A stretch of 64,000 nt of DNA from the NCBI GenBank assembly GCA_030704615.1, contig CM060732.1, positions 80,786,001 through 80,850,000 of the forward strand, given 5' to 3'. The notes beneath the pieces were generated by a model. That model had not been told where the DNA came from. It did no database searches and worked only from the letters and a program-made list of their open reading frames with translations. This document shows, piece after piece, positions 59,601-64,000 of this stretch. Source of the stretch: Takakia lepidozioides. Its lineage: Eukaryota; Plantae; Bryophyta. Each line of letters opens with the position of its first letter. Position 1 is the stretch's first letter. The position numbers were made by a program, and so were the translations under genes.

Positions 59601-61160
59601 CTTCATCCCTGGGGCCATGACTCCAACTGAGGTGAGTGTCTCTGCGAGCCATTTTTCTTCTCTTGTTATTACAATTGCAAACGGACGCCCTGAATTTGTC
59701 TCGTGTGCTCAGCTGTGTTGGGTGCTGGTTTTTCTGTGCTCTGCAAATACTGGTAACAATGTACCCTTGAGGGTATAGTTCCCCTCATATACTGAACCTC
59801 ATGGAGCCTCTCATGAGTTGAATAGCAAGGTTTGAAACTTAGTCCAGGAATTGCCATAGCACTTGCACACAACCAACAGGGGATATGGTGTTTATTTGAG
59901 GGCTCCATATGAATCGTAGTAGTAAAACCAGAATATCTACTGTAGTGACCTTCCTGAATACGTGTGTGAAAGGTGGCTGTAGTTCCATTGTGTCATTCGC
60001 ATTGTGGAGAACAAAGTGTGTAGAGGCTAGGCACAAGAGAGAGAGGAAGAAGGAAAGGAAAGAAAAAAACGTATTTTGTCCATGGGAGGCAATGACATCA
60101 AAAGGGGAACACTGGGAGCCTCTGTTGTTCTAGGGTGCCTACATGGGGTAACCTCCAACATAGGCATATACCCATGACCACCTTGCCCCACAGCATCCTA
60201 ACCACTAGGCTATCTATCTGAAGCAGGAACTTTGTGTTCACGGTTGAAATGGTTAACATGCCCGTATTTTTGCAGGTATTGACTGCATTCAATTGGGGCG
60301 CATCAACTGTGAAGGTATTGAGTGTCTCCATTCAAGTGACTGCACTGCAGAAATTCTTAGTGAAACTTCAGAAGCAGCAACTTAAAAGACATAGCAAGAA
60401 CTCTGGATTCAGCACAATTGTATGTTCGATGGTTATACTAAGCATAAACTAACCTTCCTGTGCAGATATATCCAATGTCACTTATTGGAGGTGTTCAATA
60501 TGTCAGGACGCTGAGGAAGCCATTCTCACACATACCTCTGATTGCCTCCAATGGTGTTGGCTTGGGTGAGTGAAGCACTGTCAGAAGTATGCCCAGTGTC
60601 TGTTACTGCTCTTGTCTTGCTGAGCATTCTTCACTACGGTACATGTTCTGAGGATTCAATGAAGCTCGAGCAGATCACATTCGATTCCAGTCTATACAGG
60701 TCCATGAGGGTGTGAGCAAGAATATAGCTGCTGCACTTGATGTAGCTATGTGCAATTGATAGAGGCAACAGATGTGCTGTGGTAAATCCTCAGGCCTTCA
60801 ACTATTGACAGCTCAACTACCAGAAAGGCCAGCAGCCAGGCATTTTACACCTTGGTTTTGAGGGTTGAATTCCAGGGGTGAGCAGGAGGCCCATCTTTAG
60901 TCATGGTTAATTCAGTATGTCGGGTGAAATTATTTGTTCTTATTGCAGATATGGTGGAGTCATACATACATGCAGGTGCAATGGCAGTGGTTTTGTCTGA
61001 TGCTATTTTCAGTAGAAGTGCCATGGACACCCATGATTTCAACCAAATCAAAAGGCAAGCCCAGGTTGCAGCTTTGAAGGGTTCTGCAGCAGCTACCCAA
61101 GAATCTCATCCTTCTCAGCGAAAGCCGTTGAAGGGAGTGCTTAACGACTTTGAGATCTGA
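56632..61160 (+). CDS. EDA: KDPG/KHG aldolase (EDA-like) with transit peptide. Exons 56632-57080, 57505-57559, 58365-58400, 58853-58897, 59105-59188, 59566-59631, 60276-60314, 60466-60565, 60949-61160
   Basis: Spliced: GVIACLR...GGVSVLEVTMTTPG...IGAGTVLT...AGAKFLMSP...FIPGAMTPTEV...GASTVKIYP...KPFSHIPLIASNGV...YIHAGA. All introns GT-AG and in frame; catalytic Glu and Schiff-base Lys present. Start Met uncertain. Confidence 0.9.
57746..58020 (-). mobile_element. Internally deleted LINE copy in EDA intron 2
   Basis: Same 3' end motif and EFKVRWWGQL, identical to the LINE ORF at ~9940. Confidence 0.8.
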
Positions 61161-63761
61161 AATGGCATGTAAACTGCACAAGTAAGCAGGACGTGTCAGC
61201 TGAAAGCAGTGCTAATGGTAGGGAAAGTGGAATGAAGACATTGTACAGTCCTGGGGTACTAGCTCTCGCCATGGTGTTATGAGTCCAATTATTTGCATAT
61301 GTGCCAAGTCTATCTCAACCACTGGAAATGTCAATGACTTGAATGGTTCCATTCATTGCTTGGTGTGATTCTTTGGCAAAGACATACCCTTGAAGGCATA
61401 GGAAAGAGTGACGTGAAAAAAACGAAAAATCGCTAAAACTAACCTTCCTGGACTGAGCATACTCTTTGTGAGGACATATTCTTTCCAGGAAACTAATCCC
61501 ACCTCCAACAGGTCGTGAGGTTTCCGCCTCCAGGGTATAATCTAACTCAGCAAGATATATTCGTTTTTCTTGTCAGGCTGACAATAGTACGTTACAGGAA
61601 ATTCGTTGTTGATTAAACAGGCCAGTCATACTAGAAAGCGCACTCTTTCTGTGGTACTATAGCCCTTTAGCTTGCACAGTTTTAAGAAAAAGGAAATACA
61701 GACTGAGGATGGATCTGTGTGTGGTTGACCCTTGATATCCTTGTGGCATGGCCTGGCATGTTACCAGATTGTGCAGTTCAAGTTCCACTTGGTTTGGATT
61801 CAGGAATACAACCATTTGGTGAGGAGCTGTCGATGCTGTATTACCTCTGTGTGGTTGGGTTCCCGTAGCTCTGCTCTATTCAACTGTCCTAGTGCTATTG
61901 ATGGGTAAAGTTGGTAAACTTCTCCCCTCGAATCTCACACAGCTGCCAGAAGGTCAGTCAATTGTTAGTCAGAAGGTCGATTGGGCTTTGGAGTGTGAAA
62001 TTTAAGAGCGATAGTAACTGCACCACAATTGACAGCTTCACCAACATCTTCAAGAAAAGAGAGGTTATCAGTGTCCAGCATAAAATATAGTCTTGTGGCA
62101 CCCACTAGATTTTCACGCAGTAGGGTATGGAGCTGGTCCATGAAGAAGTGGTTGAAATCTTACTAATCATGGATTTTCTTCTAAGCCCATAGTTCTCAAC
62201 ATCCCTTGTATGACCTCTGTTCCTCTTGAAATTCTGGTTGTCAACACTGAAACAGAACTTGTGTAATTTGAATTGCAGCTGCTGAAAATTTAACCCCTCT
62301 TGTTGTTGATGCAGAATTTGACTGTCAATCTGAACTTTGAAGGCGTTGCTGTAATGAAAACAGCATCAGAGCTTGCTATGGCCAAGGAAATGTCCACTAG
62401 CCAGCTGAAAGCCATTCCATTTGTGCACACATTGTGGGGTCAGTGGACCAGTTGGGTGTTTTCCATGGGTAATGCCTTTATGGAATCAAGCTGATTCAGA
62501 CTGATCTACTCCGCCTCAAGAGTATACATCCTGGGAAAGCACTGCACGGGCCTCATTCCTTTGTTTGGTGGAGTGTGCTCCCTGTGTACATATGATCACT
62601 TGCAATGTGAACAGCGAGTGGCTCTGTAAGAGGCCTTGTGGGACAGTGTCTAGCTGGAGTTATATCGAAGCTAATACATGCTCCATCTTCTTTGGGGACT
62701 TCCTTATTTGGATCTCAATTTTGTGCCAGAAGATGTTGTAGCATGATCATGTCCATACAAATTGAATTAGGCTTTGTTTTACAATAATGACAGTTCCCTT
62801 ACCAAAGACTGGTGTTTGAGCCTTCCACGATTCATTGTAGTGGCCCAATCCTGCATATGCTCTAAATGTGGTCACATGAGGGAAGGAACTGTGGTTAGCA
62901 TGGTACAAGGTCAACCCTGAGTTATCAGGAGGATATGTGAGATAATCATCTAAGAAACAATAGTAGTAAACTAATGTGAACCTTTCCTAGTCTTTCTGAT
63001 TTTTCTCTGTTTCATACTTTGGTCAGGCTTACAGCTGTCATATGAGGCGATAGATAAACTGTGGCTTTGCCATTGCTGGCAGGTTCCCCCAAGAAACAAG
63101 GAGCAGGGGGCGAGCATTCAAACAGCATGTCAATGCACATTATGGGTAGCCTTCGTGGGGCAGCCATTGGTTCATAGTACAGAAGGGCAATTGGTGGAGG
63201 CTCTGGCATCAAACAGACTAAAAACCTAGACTGTGTCAGTTTGTAATTTGCAGTTCATTACAAACATGCACTTCTGCTTTTGTGGGAGTTTTTCCCAGTA
63301 GGTCAAGTAGAAAGTTTGTGCCTGAGGCTGTTCCTTCAAAGGGCCTGTTTCACTTCTACACGTAACTATTTCATTGATCTTATAAAGTGGATTCAGAGAG
63401 GACGACCAGACCAATTGAGGAGGATAAGACCTTTTGAGGTGGCATAAGTATATTCTTTTGAGCTGTACAGATGTAAACTTTGAGGGAATATTGGTGTTTG
63501 TGGATTTGAATGCAATCTCACAAGCCTGTAATTGGGTCAGGAACCCAGTCTTTCTGTTTGAGCGTTGTCCGTGTTTTGCAGCGTTCTTGGACGGCAGCTT
63601 CGCACTCTGTGCAATAAACAGCACACCTCCAATGTACGGATGCATGCCTTTGAGTCAAGATAGTCCAGTCCAGTCCTGCATTGGTACTTTCAACTTCACT
63701 ATTTGCTTACAAAACTTCCGGCCTATATGAACCTTCAATAGTCACGTGCATATTGCTCCTC

Positions 63762-64000
63762 TCACCAATAATCCCCGCAAGAACAAACCCCATCTTGGAA
63801 GTGGTGGAAGCGGTTGGCATCCCGTACAATAACTGCACGCCCAACAATCTTCGAGATGAACTTGGTGGCAGTGTGGCAGTGACCACACACGCGAAGGTTT
63901 TTGATAATGTGGATGGGCATCCCAGCGGGTGTGCTAATCAACCCAAAAGCAATGGCCAGCTTCTCACTGTGGGTGCAAAGAGAAAATTCCTTTTGCTCCT
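63762..64000 (-). CDS. C-terminal DYW deaminase domain of a third PPR editing factor (partial; gene runs off the window)
   Basis: [78 protein letters not shown]; HSE and CxxC intact. Confidence 0.95.
   Translation of the reverse strand, partial: EQKEFSLCTHSEKLAIAFGLISTPAGMPIHIIKNLRVCGHCHTATKFISKIVGRAVIVRDANRFHHFQDGVCSCGDYW

Noticed and set aside
62300-63730. Several 60-140 aa ORFs downstream of EDA and the last DYW
   Set aside because: No recognisable motifs or consistent exon chain.
63762-64000. U-to-C (DYW:KP/GRP-type) editing domain
   Set aside because: Has canonical HSE and a DYW end; only CGHC instead of CGDC differs.

Overview
Nuclear DNA of a land plant, most likely a non-seed plant with heavy organellar RNA editing (inferred from the PLS-DYW PPR style and the RALF type). 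Intact host genes: plastid pyruvate dehydrogenase E1 alpha (3 exons), a dirigent protein, a RALF peptide precursor and a 9-exon KDPG aldolase (EDA-like). There are three PLS-class PPR editing-factor loci: one frameshifted with a catalytically altered DYW domain, one whose DYW domain is cut off by a LINE, and one intact DYW C-terminus running off the window end. Mobile DNA: a decayed Ty3 cut by a CACTA end, a LINE with a 16-bp TSD plus three smaller copies, an old Ty3 LTR element with a tRNA-Ala PBS that carries a nested young chromovirus (TSD TGAAC), CACTA termini, and a hAT MITE with an 8-bp TSD. Main find: short spliced exons encoding the PDF motif of organellar ssDNA-binding (OSB) proteins (LW.E.F.DPS.WWDNR..K | ..P..PDFKHK.....LW......P.WV) lie directly upstream of both near-complete PPR genes and can splice in frame onto the PPR exon. 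Decayed tandem PDF exon pairs are interleaved with PPR debris from about 4 to 31 kb. This suggests a PDF-(PLS)n-E-DYW fusion family, i.e. an ssDNA-binding motif joined to a programmable cytidine deaminase. All splice models were read by eye and need RNA-seq support.
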